DNA of 64,000 nucleotides from Octopus vulgaris (taxonomy: Eukaryota), in assembly GCA_951406725.2 (NCBI GenBank), contig OX597817.1, positions 80,228,001 through 80,292,000 on the forward strand, given 5' to 3'. Positions 11,320-23,600 of the stretch are shown here, piece by piece. Below the pieces are notes generated by a model that saw only the letters and a program-made list of their open reading frames with translations, did no database searches and had not been told where the DNA came from. Each line of letters begins with the position of its first letter. The stretch's first letter is position 1. The position numbers and the translations under genes are program-made.

Positions 11320-11452
11320 ATTCTTTTCACGAGGCCTGGAATTTTGGCGGGTAGGGGACTAGTTGATTCCATCGACACAGGTGCTTATTTCATCGACCCT
11401 TTGTGAATGAAAGACAATATGAACTGTAGCTGCGTTTGAACTCAGAACATGT
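11320..11452 (-). mobile_element. SINE family B fragment
   Basis: cacgaggcctggaatttt..tcatcgaccc..atgaaag..tttgaactcagaac. Confidence 0.65.
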
Positions 11453-11599
11453 AGCATGAAGAAGACGAAGAAGAAGAAAAGCCCATAACAAGCAATGTGT
11501 TAAAATTGGGTTTCAACACCTCTAGCGATGTACGTATCTAAATATAAATTTTGAAAATTTGACCGGGGCTAAAGGAAATCTTTTACATATTTAAAAAAA

Positions 11600-11767
11600 G
11601 CGCAGTAGTGGCTGTGTGGTAAGTAACTTGCTTACCAACCACATCGTCATGGGTTCAGTCCCACTGCGTGGCACCTAGGGCAAGTGTCTTCTGCTATAGC
11701 CTCGGGCCGACCAAAGCCTTGTGAGTGGATTTCGTAGAGGGAAACTGAAAGAAGCCCGTCATATATG

Positions 11768-11798
<31 letters not shown>

Positions 11799-12015
11799 AT
11801 ATATTTGTGTGTCCATGTTTGCCCCCCCCCCTCCAACATCGCTTGACAACCGATGCTGGTGTGTTTACGTCCACGTAACTTAGCAGTTCGGCAAAAAAGA
11901 CCGATAGAATAAGAACTAGGCTTACACAAAATAAGCTCTGAGGTCGATTTGCTCGACTAAAGGCGGTGCTTCAGCATGGCCGCAGTCACATGATTGAAAC
12001 ACGTAAAAGAGCGTA
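11600..12015 (+). mobile_element. SINE family A, full length (tRNA-like head, CORE-like domain, internal (TA)/(TG) microsatellite)
   Basis: A-box-like tggctgtgtgg, B-box-like gggttcagtccc, CORE-like gtggcacctagggcaagtg; about 15 relatives in the window. Confidence 0.9.
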
Positions 12016-12205
12016 AAAGAGAGAAAGTAGACGCAAGCGTGTCTGTGTGCTAATTATATGGCTTTCCAACAACATGTTTTCGGGTTCAGTCCCACTGCGT
12101 GGCACATAGGGCAAGTGTCTTCTATTATAGCCTCGGGCCGACCAAAGAATTTTGAGTGTATTTGGTAGATGAAACTGAAAGAAGCTTGTCGTATATGTAT
12201 ATATA

Positions 12206-13075
12206 TATATATTTAGTGAAGGGAAGAAATGGAGCTGAACGAAGATTCTACAAAATTCCTTTTTATTATTTTCTACACATGTTTCAAAGGCTGCAAATTT
12301 CCAAATTCAGATTGAATAAGGAGACCATTTAGCAGCTTTCTCTTCAGGAAAATCCAGGAATTTAAATCTCCAAACAAATGCGCAGCAAGCTATTCGAACA
12401 AAACACTCCCTAGGAGCCCATGGTATGGCACAAAACTGTCTCTCAATGTGCGTTGACGTCAGGGTGGGTGAAGGCCGACGAAAAAGTCCGTTGGAATAAA
12501 TCGAGGTCAAACTGCGGTTAAATTTGGTAGGGGAAGAATTACAGAAAACCAAAGGGTGTGAATATATTCTCTATAACTAATGTTAATGTTCGAATTGTTT
12601 TAAGAATGAAAGCTATCTTATTTGGGTGTGAGAAACTACCTACATGTATGTGTGTGTGCGCCTGTGTATGTGTGGCAGTATGTTAGGAAGCAGCTAGAGG
12701 GAAAATATATTGCAGATATTGTTGGTCAAGCGGCTGATAAAAGCCTGTGTCTGTGTGTTCGTCTGTGGCCAGTTTATACACAGATGACTTGTTTGACAAG
12801 CTGCAAAATGGTCTCCTTATTCAATCCGAATTTGGAAATTTGCAGCCTTTGAAACATGTGTAGAAAATAATAAAAAGGAATTTTGTAGAATCTTCGTTCA
12901 GCTCCATTTTTTCCCTTCACTAAATATATAAAACTTCAATTATCCGCGCTAAGGCACGGTTGCGACACCCCATGGTCGTAACCTCAACCGTGTTTTTTCT
13001 GTTGTGATTTTTGCTACCCAGGTATCGGTTAAATTTTGAATAATCCGTAACAAGATAATTCATTTATCCATTTCA

Positions 13076-13080
<5 letters not shown>
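12206..13080 (-). mobile_element. Penelope-like pLTR insertion with a partial inverted duplication
   Basis: 133-bp inverted arms 12206-12338 / 12798-12930 (3 mismatches by eye); hammerhead in the left arm; right arm extends to aataaa then (TA)n. Confidence 0.8.
12268..12353 (-). ncRNA. Type I hammerhead ribozyme, canonical core
   Basis: AUUUUC-CUGAAGA-G-AAAGCUGC..GCAGCCUUU-GAAAC-AUGU-GUA^GAAAAU; stem I 6 bp, long stem II, minimal stem III with ACAUGU palindrome. Confidence 0.8.
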
Positions 13081-13139
<59 letters not shown>

Positions 13140-13817
13140 GTATGTTTGTATGTATGTATGTATGAATGTATGTATGTATGTGTGTGTGTGTGTGTATGTA
13201 TGTGTCTTTGTGTTTGTATTTGCCCCCATCACTGCTTGACAACCGATGTAGGTGTGTTTATGCCTACATAACCTAGCAAAAGAAGCCGATACAATAAATG
13301 CTAGGCTTGAAAAAAATCAGTCCTGTGCTCGATTTGTCCGATTAAAGACCCTTCGATGCGGTACTCTAGCATGGCCGCAGTCAAATGACAGAAACAAGTA
13401 AAAGAATAAAAAAATGTTTAAAATAAATATAACGTACTTATAAGAAAGTGATAGACAAATCTTGTATATATATATATGTGTGTGTGTGTGTGAGTGTGTG
13501 TGTGAGTGTGTGTGTGTGGGTGGGGGGGCGTATATATATATATATATATATATATCTCACCACCGACATGCTACTATCTATCTTACTGGCTTCCAGTCTT
13601 GAAAACCAATACACCAAAGATAACCGCGGGGATCATTGTTATTGGCGTAGGTGAGTAGCTTCGCTGGGTAATTCCACTATAGATTCTAGATACTGCTAAT
13701 GTATTTTCGCTAACAATCTATCATTCAAACTCTCCGTATAATCAGACATGATCTCTTGCTCAGTCAACACATACTTGCCATTTTTGTCTTTCCGTCTCTT
13801 CAGTAAATCCATCAATT

Positions 13818-14047
13818 CAGTGATTTTCAATCGGGGTCATGTGACCCTTGCGGGTCCATATAAAATTTTGCCGTTAATATTTATGAGCAATTAACTGGTG
13901 ATACATATACAATGCACAAAATATTCTAACAATTTTTAATACAATTCCTAATAATATAAGATGTTTGTTTTTAACATGAGATCGGGTACAAGAAAGTAAA
14001 ATAGGCATTAAATAATGCCACAGGCAATAAATCATTGAGACCCACTA
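13818..14047. mobile_element. hAT/Charlie-like MITE, diverged
   Basis: cagtgattttcaa..ttgagacccacta; similar to 19281-19474; target-site duplication (TSD) not clear. Confidence 0.6.
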
Positions 14048-14346
14048 AATGGATTCTTCATTGACAAATTTCGGTATTCATGCTAATTCGCTTCTGTTTC
14101 TCTTTTTCTCTGATATCAATACTATATCAGCCCCGTCCAATTTGTATCTCATTCCCGTCGTCGAAAAACAATGGACTGTATTTAGTGGTTCTGAAATAAG
14201 AGAGGAGGCCCATTCTCGAGCACCGTGACGTCGCCATCTGACCCCAATGATAGAACAATTTTTATTTCGCTATTTCCTGTAATACAAACGGAGGAACCTG
14301 AATATCAGTTGTTTGGGAAGCCTACTATTATAATTTCTGTGATTTA

Positions 14347-14762
14347 AGGCCTCACAGCTGGCAGAATCGTTAATTTGCCCGACAAAATTTTTTAGTGGTA
14401 TTTCATCGAAGTCCACCGAGGTCGCCTTTGCTTTTTATCTTTTCGGGGCCGACAAAATGAGTACCAAATGATCACTGGAATCGATGTAATGAACTTTTCC
14501 TCTCACTCAAAATTTCAGGCCTTGTACAGAGTAGAAAATATTATTTACAGGGCATAAGTCCGCTCAGGTGGCAGAATCGTAAGCACTCAGGACAAAATGC
14601 TAGTAGTATTTCCATGTCTTTACGTTCTGATTTCAAATATAACCGAGGTCGTCTTCGCCTTTTGTGGTCGATAAAATAAGTATCAGTTGAACTCTTTGGT
14701 CAATTTATTCGAGTAGCGCGCTTCCCCAAACGTCAGGCCTTTTGCCTGTAGTAGAAAGGAAT
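14347..14762 (+). mobile_element. Two adjacent diverged SINE B copies (14347-14540, 14562-14762)
   Basis: Each has tggcagaatcgt..ccgaggtcg..ggccttgt..gtagaaa. Confidence 0.75.
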
Positions 14763-15524
14763 ATTTCTGGGGCTTGTTATTTTTACTTTTTCTGATAATG
14801 TTTGTGTCCATAATTTCTGTTCTTCTACCAGTAAGCACTTAAAAAGGCTATTACCATTTAACGTGTAGGAACTAAACTTTCTACGTTGAACCACATATAA
14901 TTTCTTTTCTTTTTGTCCTAAGAATTGAATACAACTCCACGATATTTTGCTTAACTCCTCACCTGCATTATTCAACGTTTTTCGCAAACATACATCTTAT
15001 TGATATATATATTGCAACGTTTAAGTCAAATTACAATATTCTATTTTAATAATAAGCGACTTCTAAAATGAAAACTAAAATTGATCTGATCTAATTTGTT
15101 TTCTTTGAAATCAAGTAATGGCCTCAACTCTGAGCTCTCAGTATGAGTTGATTTTGTAAAATAGTTCAGGTGTGCTTTTAATTATTTTACAGGCCCACTT
15201 TTATTTACTGGTCTGCGAAAATACTCTATTAAGGATTTCAAGAAAATTTGAAGACCAATAAAAATGTTTGAAAGAAAAAGCAATCAAAAGAAGGGAGAAT
15301 TGGAATACATTTGGACTGGAGAATACAGCAAACATTTGCATTTAAAAAGAAGTAAGAAAAAACAATGATGTTTCTAATAATGTTAATGACAATTAACAGC
15401 AGTTTTGCTAGAATTGCTAGTCAGAAGGAGAGATTCGATGTAATACGGCTTGCATAAAAAACAACAGAAGTGTGTATATTACAAGGAAAAGTGATTCCTC
15501 GTCCACTGAACAAATCACGGAATC

Positions 15525-15908
15525 TCTTTTACTTGTTTCAGTCATTTGACTGTGGCCATGCTAGAGCACCGCCTTTAGTCGAGCAAATCGACTCCAAGAT
15601 TTCTTCTTTATAATCCTAGCACTTATTCTATCGATTTCTTTTGCCGAACCGCTAAGTTACGGGGATGTAAACACACCAGCATCGGTTGTCAAGCGATGGT
15701 GGGGGGTACAAACGCAGACACACAAACATACACACACACACGCACACATACACACACACACGCACGCACACACACACACACATATATATATATATGTCGG
15801 CCCGTGGCTATAGTAGAAGACACTCGATCAAGGTGCCACGCAGTGGGAATGAACCCGGAACCATGTGGTTGGTAAACAAGCTTCTTAACATACAGCCACT
15901 CCTACGCC
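15525..15908 (-). mobile_element. SINE family A (small internal deletion)
   Basis: Reverse complement of 11600-12015. Confidence 0.88.
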
Positions 15909-16439
15909 TCTATAAGGAGCGTAACATAGCTCTTCCTTGTCAAATCGAAGTAAGTTTCATCAATTATATCAACCCAGTAGTACAGACTGTTCCGTTTGTT
16001 ATCGATTTGTTTTTATCGAACTCCTAATTTACAGGACATAAAAGGAAATATATAAAGAGTACGAAAAAGAAAAGTAAAAGTGACAACAAAGGAACTTTAA
16101 AAAGAGCCTTCTCTCTCGGACTGCTAGTAATAGTAGCCAAATATCTCTCAGGCCACACAACTAGCTTTTCTTTTTAAATTTGGGAATTTTTAATAATGTA
16201 GATGACCATTTAGAATAAAGGCCTTTATGATTATGACTGGAACACCTTTGATCGTGTCTATATTTGATCATTGCTGACCTTAGCACTGGATAACCATAAC
16301 AATAAAAAAAAAACATTAAAATGAATAACAATGCAAAAAACTACTGAAAAATCGGGTGTGGGAATTCATGAAAACATTTTAAAAACATAAAACGCAAACG
16401 GTAAAATGTGTGAAAAATCATTTGAACAAAATATTCAAG

Positions 16440-16830
16440 TACAGGCGTAGATGTTTGGTGAAAAGTTTGCTTCCAGCTACATGGCTCTGGATTCAGTCCC
16501 ACTGCCTGAAACCTTCGGCAGCTATTTTCGATAGCCTTGGGGCAACGAAAGCTTTGTTAGAGGATTTGGTAGACGAAACTGAAAGAAGCCCGTCGTATGC
16601 ACTTATCTGTGTATGCGTGTTTTTGTGACTGTGTTTGTCTTCCATCACTGCTTGATAACTGGAGTTTGCGTGTTTAGGTCCCCGTAACTTAGTTATTTGG
16701 AAACAGAGATCGATACACTAAATAATTGGCTTTTAAAAAATAAGCACTCGGATCGATGGGTTCGACTAAACACTTCAAGGCGGGGCCCCAAAATGGCCGT
16801 AGTCTAATGACCGAAACAAGTAAAACATAA
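16440..16830 (+). mobile_element. SINE family A
   Basis: Collinear with 11600-12015. Confidence 0.85.
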
Positions 16831-17035
16831 AATATAAAATAAAAGTAATAAAAAATTAAAATAAAACATATACAAAACAATAAAGTTATACACACACACA
16901 CACACACACATATGCAAACATAAAAATAAAAGCTATAACACAAATATTCCAAAAACGACAGAAAACAAGAAAAATAACTTAAAAATTGCAAACTCAGTTA
17001 ATAACCATTGCATTTTAAAATATTTAAATATATTT

Positions 17036-17420
17036 AGGCGCAGGCGTGGCTGTGTGGCACATCGCTTGCTTTCCGGCCACATAGTTCTGGGTTCAGTCCC
17101 ATTGCATTACACCTTGAGCAAGTGTCTTCTACTCTGGACTCGGCCTACCAAAATCTTGTGAGTGGATTTGGTAGACGGAAACTGAAAGAAGCCAGTCGTG
17201 TATATATGTGTATATTTATATGTGTGTATTTCTGCTTGTACCCCTGCCATCGCTTGACAACGAAACGATTAGCGGTTGGGCAAAAGTCAGCAATAGAATA
17301 AATGCTAGGCTTACAAAGAATAAGTCCTGGGGTCGCTTTCTTCGACTAAGAAGACCTTTAGGCGGTGCGCCAGCATGGTTGCAATCAAGTAACTGAAACA
17401 AGCAAAAGAATAATAGAATA
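17036..17420 (+). mobile_element. SINE family A
   Basis: ggcgcaggcgtggctgtgtgg..gggttcagtccc..accttgagcaagtg..gaaacaagcaaaagaata. Confidence 0.88.
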
Positions 17421-17642
17421 CAGTAATCTGTCGCCATATCTCGATTCACTTATCGCGGTTTATTATTTAAGCTTACGTCGATTCCTCCGTGGTGTTGTTT
17501 TGCATTTATAATAAAATAAATATATACAAATTACAAAAATAATAATAAAAAATATACAGTACAGTACTGTTTCTACTTCGCGGATTTTCACATATCACGG
17601 GGGTTTTAGAAAGTAGCACCCGCGATAGTCGAAGGATTACTG
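17421..17642. mobile_element. Tigger/pogo-like MITE
   Basis: TIRs cagtaatctgtcg / cgaaggattactg, TA-flanked; same ends as 6776-6983 with a different interior. Confidence 0.8.
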
Positions 17643-18624
17643 TATATCTAAAAGAAAAAATGTGCATTCTTTAGCTTGAAGTAAAACTACCAAAAAGTGA
17701 AAGTTAAATTTCTTCGTTTTATTTATTTTTTAATGTATAAGATAAAATTGTTGTTCTTGTAAAAAGTTCGTGGAACTGTCTCTGAGAAAGTAGTGGACAA
17801 GTTGCGCAGTTGATGCTAATGTTTATAAATTGATCACTGAACAGAGAGAGAAAGAGAGGAAGGAATGGACGAAAAGAGAGAGAAGGGAGAGAAAAAACTA
17901 TAAGAAGAAATAACTATAGGAAGCCATTATTGCTGATGCCATAGTTTGAACACTCGAGTGGAGTATTGATTGAATGTTCTAATATTTATAAATAGAACTA
18001 GAAGATTGAGCGTGTATGAATGTGCATGTTTGTGTATGCATTTGAGAGAGATAGAGAGAGAAGGGAGAGGGAGAGGAAGAGTAGAGGTGAAAGAAAGAGG
18101 GAAGTGATAGGAACAAGTACTGTTATTGCCCTAATGTGGCTACATAAGTATTTGTTGCTAATGTTTGAGAAAAAAGACAGAAGAGAAAGAAAAGGAACTG
18201 AAAGAGCGAGAAAGAGATAGATAGAGGGGGGTTAAATGGACATAGGGAGAGAGACAGAGAGAGGAGCCAGCTATTGCTTATGCTTTTGTTTGTTAGCACG
18301 AACATTTGTTGCTAATGTCTGGAAATTAACCACGTAAGAGAGAGAGAGAGAGTAAGAAAGACAAAGGCAGGGAGAGAGTGAAAGAGGGAGTGAGAGAGAG
18401 AGAGAGAGAGAGAGAAAGCGAGAGAGAGAAAGAAATGTTTTTGCTAATGCTATTTTTTAGCAAACCGAATATTTGTTGCTAATGACTGGGAAAAAAACGT
18501 GGAAAAGTTTTAAAAGGACAGTAAGAAAGGGTAAAAGTCACAGAGATAGTAAAGTGACAAAGGGGAAAGAAAGAGCAACTGTCGCAAATGTTATTGTCTA
18601 GTAACACGAATATTTGTTGCTAAT

Positions 18625-18880
18625 GGCATCCTCGCCCCCGTCGGATACGACGATGACTATTCCAGCTGATTCGATCAACGGAACAGCTTGTTCGTGAAAT
18701 TAACGCACGACTAGCTGAACGCTCCACAAACACGCGTACCCTTAACGTAGCTCTCAGAGTTATTCAGCGTGACACATCGACTATGAGAAAGCTGGCCCTT
18801 TGAATTATAGGGGTAAATAATTTTTGCCAGCTGTGTGGACTGGAGCAACAAGAAGTAAAGTGTCTTGTTCAAGGACACAA
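18625..18880 (-). mobile_element. SINE family F (CORE-like), 5'-truncated
   Basis: Reverse complement of 37100-37351. Confidence 0.8.
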
Positions 18881-18960
18881 ACTATACTATCGATGATAGA
18901 TTTCCATCTTATCCAGCGGCTATCTGAGATTTATCTTTTTATCCATTTAATGTTATGTGT

Positions 18961-19265
18961 GGAGGCACATGCCCTAGTGGTTAGAGTAGTCGACTCGCAG
19001 TCGAGGGATCGCGGGTTCGAATCTCAGACCGGGCGTTGTGTATGTTTATGAGCGAAACACCTAAGTTCCACGCGGCTCCGGCAGAAGGTAATGGCGAACC
19101 TCAGCTGACTCCTTCGCCACAACTTTCTTTCAATCTTTCCTCCGGCATCTTGCAGCTCACCTGCGACGGACCGGCGTTCCGTCTAGGTAGGGAACCTATA
19201 CGCCACGGAAACCGGGAAACCGGCCCTTATGAGCCAGGCATGGCTCGAGAAGGAACAGACAACAA
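18961..19265 (+). mobile_element. SINE family C, full length, tRNA-derived head
   Basis: gccctagtggttagag..gggttcgaatctc (A and B boxes); near-identical to 44716-45016. Confidence 0.9.
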
Positions 19266-19280
19266 TTTAATGTTATAAAC

Positions 19281-19474
19281 TAGTGTTTCTCAACCAGAGC
19301 CTATATGACCATTGGGAGTCCACATATAATTTTGTTGACATTTAAAAAAAATATAATTCCTTATTATATTTAATTATAAAAATTTTAAAGGATTTTTAAA
19401 ACACCAATGAGGGTCCAACCGAGCAAAATAGGAATCAACGGAGGCCCATAGGTAAAAATGGTTGAGAACCGCTG
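19281..19474. mobile_element. hAT/Charlie-like MITE with 8-bp TSD
   Basis: TIRs tagtgtttctcaacc / ggttgagaaccgctg; TSD TTATAAAC at 19273-19280 and 19475-19482. Confidence 0.9.
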
Positions 19475-19494
19475 TTATAAACCATATCTAAAGG

Positions 19495-19670
19495 CTAGTA
19501 CCCATAACGGTCTCTTGTGACACTCTTGTTCCAAATATTATTGAGCTTTTCCATGGAGATTCTTGTCAAGGCTAGACATGTCCTAAATTCTTTCTTACAT
19601 GTGACTTCACCACTGATCTGGACTCCAAGATACCTGTACAAATCAGCCTGTTTAATCCTCACACTCCTAA
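19495..19670 (-). mobile_element. RTE-like LINE RT fragment
   Basis: Minus strand GVRIKQADLYRYLGVQISGEVTCKKEFRTCLALTRISMEKLNNIWNKS (YLG motif). Confidence 0.7.
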
Positions 19671-20437
19671 TTTTATTTTAACACTTACGTTCTCGTTTCT
19701 TTTTCCCATACTTTATTTTAAATCCTTACTCGAAACATAAAACAAACATGAGTGCAAGAGAAAAAAGAGAAACAATCCGCAACACCATTGCGCGATATTC
19801 CTGAAAAGGCAGTTAATTATCGTCCAGGTGAGACTTTTTAAGGAAAGGACACAATAAAATATTCTCTGATATCGAAACAAATGTCTTTTTGGTAGTCGAA
19901 CTCAAAGTAGATAGAGCTACATGCAATAGCATGTAAATATTTACATGTAGTAGCATGTAAATATTGCATAGAAAGAGTCGAAGGCTGCCCGTATGACACG
20001 ATCCTACATCTTCAATAAACTTGACAGGCGTTCTACCAAAAGTCTTCCAAATTTTCTATCTATAAGGATTTTTAACCTAATATTTAGACGTTATTATTTA
20101 TAGCTTTTTCTACTTCGAAATCAACAGGAAAAAGTAATCGTCTCACGATCTCTTGAAGTTTTTAAATTCTTAAAATATCTTTATTTTTAACGACACTATG
20201 AAGTGATTTGAAGGAAATTTCAATGCTATTTTTTTTTTGTTTTTTATTGTAAGTCTAGTGACTGAAATGTTCTTCTTCACTGATTTAGGTGTACAATAAA
20301 ATTTCCCAGCCACCCAGACTACAATTTATCAAACAGCACTTAGTCTAAATATTAGAATTAATCTGAAGAGATGAATTCTTAATGTTTTGTAATGATCTCC
20401 CCTTATTTGGAGCGTCGCCAGTTATTAAAACTTGGTG

Positions 20438-20655
20438 TAAGGCTGTGAGTTGGTAACGCCGTTAGTTCGCCGGGCGAAATTCTTATCGACATTTCGTTCA
20501 TTTTCATGTTCTGAGTTCAAATTCCGCCGAGATCGACTTTGCCCTTCATCCTTTCGGGGGTCAATAAAATAATTATCAGTTGAGTGCTGGGATTGATGTA
20601 ATCGACTTATCCTCTCCCTCAAAATTGTTGGCCTTGTGCCAAATTTTGATATCAT
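20438..20655 (+). mobile_element. SINE family B (Meta-domain-like), tail type 1
   Basis: gagttcaaattccgccgagatcgactttgcccttcatcctttcggggg..; tail ggccttgtgccaaattttga. Confidence 0.85.
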
Positions 20656-20839
20656 TAATTGAAACTACGTATATATTTTTCTACCTTAGATGAAGATTTC
20701 AGAACTTTAGAATATTATTTAGTATGCCTTTCAAATTATTTAAATCCATGTTGTTAAAACCCCATTGAATTATTCCACTTAACGTTAATTTAATTTGAAT
20801 ATTTCTGTTAGTTTACTTTAAAACTTCCTGAAGGAACGA

Positions 20840-21130
20840 AACAAGACACCAAAAAAACATTTAAAACGAGACTTTTAAGAACATATTTCAATTGCTGAAA
20901 ATGATATTACGAAACATACAGTACAACAGAGTATCTTCTACCAAAAAACTGATGAAGATGAAAGTCTGATAAAAGGTTAAAAGATAAAGATAAAACAAAT
21001 GGAATTCCAAATAAGTAAGAGCCAAGAATATTTCTAAAAGAAAATAACAGCAGGAGTAAAAATAATTGTTAATCTTTGTTTGCCAATAACTGATTAGATA
21101 TGCAACAAGTTATGATCCGGTGCAAAGCCT
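20840..21130 (+). mobile_element. Possible decayed Penelope-like GIY-YIG C-terminal fragment
   Basis: A CNLCL-like motif (tgttaatctttgtttg, frameshifted) and upstream residue pattern; next to (TA)n; very degenerate. Confidence 0.3.
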
Positions 21131-21209
21131 TGCCCAAGACAGCAAAAAAGAAAAGTAAAAGACAACGAAAATCCCTGACAAACTTATATAGATAGATAGT
21201 GATTCACAT

Positions 21210-21357
<148 letters not shown>

Positions 21358-21500
21358 GTGTTAGAATGAGAGAACACACAGATGGAAGAAAATTGATCTA
21401 AACAATCAATGGAAAAATTCGTAGTGTAATAAATTACATAGAAATGATTACATACTTCTATACATACATGTATATACGTATATACATATAATCATACGTG

Positions 21501-21566
<66 letters not shown>

Positions 21567-21937
21567 TACATAAATATTATACAAACATACATATTATATA
21601 GAGAGAGAGAGGAGGAGAGAGAGAAAGACAGATTGATTGAGAAGTAAAGGAAGAAATAGGCTAAGAGCGAGAGAGAGTCAGAGAGAGAAAGAGAGAGAGT
21701 AGTAGACCGTATGCACCCAAATTCACAATTAACGAAATTGCTTATATTCAGCTTGTGGCAGATTTTCAAATATAGAATTTTCACCATTAAAACCTATTGG
21801 GTTTCATCTGATGGACTCATTATTGGTAATAAAAGAATCAACTCCGGTCGGGGATGTTGCTGCTGCTGCTGCTGTTAACGCCGATGCCGCTTACTGCTGA
21901 TGATAATGATGATGACGACGACGACGACGACGACGAC

Positions 21938-21977
<40 letters not shown>

Positions 21978-22555
21978 GTGGTGGTAACGATGATGATCAT
22001 GATGGTCGCCAACATGAGTATGATCATGATGATGACGACTACTATGACGACGATGGCCCAATAATCTCATTAATATTTGCACATTCTCTGATTTGGTTAC
22101 TGTTATTGCTTTGTAATCTACCACTCTCACCTCTCTACCTCTCCATGTTTTCCTCTCTTTCTCTTCTCAGTTTTCTTCGACTTCGTCCTCTCTCTTTTCT
22201 CTTTCTCTGTTTCACTTATTCAGTTTTTTTTTTTTTTAGTCTTCCTTCTTTTTCTCCTTCTGCTTTGCTTCTCTCACCTTTGTACTGTTTAAGAATCCTT
22301 TTGGCTCTCTTATTCCTATTTTGGAATACTCTTCATCAAATAGAAGAAAGAACAAAAACAAACAAACAAACAGACAAAAACTAATAATTTCTAATGACAT
22401 AAAAAAGAATATCTTTAAGCTTTGTTCTGTAACTGATTCGTTTAAACCATCTTTACATGATTAAATACTGAATACTTTTGCCGGGATAAGGACTTATTGC
22501 ATCCTGTGTTAAAACACGATGGATAAAGTGGAATTTTGATAATGAATATTCAAAT

Positions 22556-22610
<55 letters not shown>

Positions 22611-22631
22611 TGATGATGATGATGAAGAGCG

Positions 22632-22716
<85 letters not shown>

Positions 22717-22779
22717 TAACAATAATAATCCAATGATATAGTTTATATCATTGGCTGAAAGTGCTTGGAAAGAACAAAA

Positions 22780-23600
22780 AAAAAGTAATTGCAAGAGGTA
22801 AATATGATAAAAAACGATGTCCATAAGTGTAAATTTTGAGACAATGGAAGTGTTTCTATTAAGTATGTCTAAATGTTGTTAAACATTATGTACAAGGAGT
22901 GGGGACAAAATTAGTAATTTCTCATTTCTCATTATTTTCTTTCTACCTGTTTTAAATCATAACATTGAAAATATTGCATCACCATTCTGTGTTGCTTACA
23001 TTATATTGAGGAGTAAAAATTGGTCAGCATAGTCGTTGTTGTTGATGTTGAGAGGGCTTGAAATAGCGTCGGGTGAACGGTACTTTTTTTCTTCAAGAAA
23101 TTTTCCTTAACTTTGCCCCGACTGTAATTGAGGTTGCTAATAAAATATCTGGATAATTTTTGGTGTATAAGAGTCAATTTTTCTCTGTTGGGTTCCAAGT
23201 CAAATTTTTCCTTCACTTTTTTTCTAATTTGATCATTTTCAATTTTCAAAGAAATGATGTCTAAGATGGGGCAAAATGAGTCAAGTCTAATTTCAATAAT
23301 TTCTACTCTTAACTGCATGATTACGCAAATATATAAGGAAGAGAGCCACTCCAACACATCGTTTTGATTTAGTCGAGTTTCGTTAGTTTCATATCATGTG
23401 CCATTTTTCAATGATCCTCTTTCACTTCACTAAGATAATTTAAATTATTCTTGCAGTTCTGATCTTTCTGATATCTAAGTTTGATTTAGTTAAGGGTTCA
23501 AAAATTCTAAAGAAAACCACCGAGAATTTACTTCAATCGACATCTTCCTCTGTTTGATATTGATGTCTCTCACCGTTAGCTAGATCACAAAATTCTTGTT
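22780..23600 (-). mobile_element. Possible decayed Penelope-like ORF, N-terminal region
   Basis: Lys-rich 118-aa ORF (23001-23357) followed by an NFVPTP motif (~22900-22918) typical of the PLE pre-RT region; many stops. Confidence 0.35.

Larger units (their letters stand above)
12035..13410 (+). mobile_element. SINE family A split at its internal microsatellite by a Penelope-like insertion
   Basis: 5' half 12035-12205 and 3' half ~13140-13410 are collinear with 11600-12015. Confidence 0.85.

Noticed and set aside
18961-19032. tRNA-like cloverleaf (also 44716, 56716, 37031)
   Set aside because: These are SINE heads: the stems are imperfect and each continues into a multi-copy SINE body.
23001-23357. 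118-aa ORF as a host exon
   Set aside because: Surrounded by stops and frameshifts, no recognised host domain; more consistent with a decayed TE ORF.
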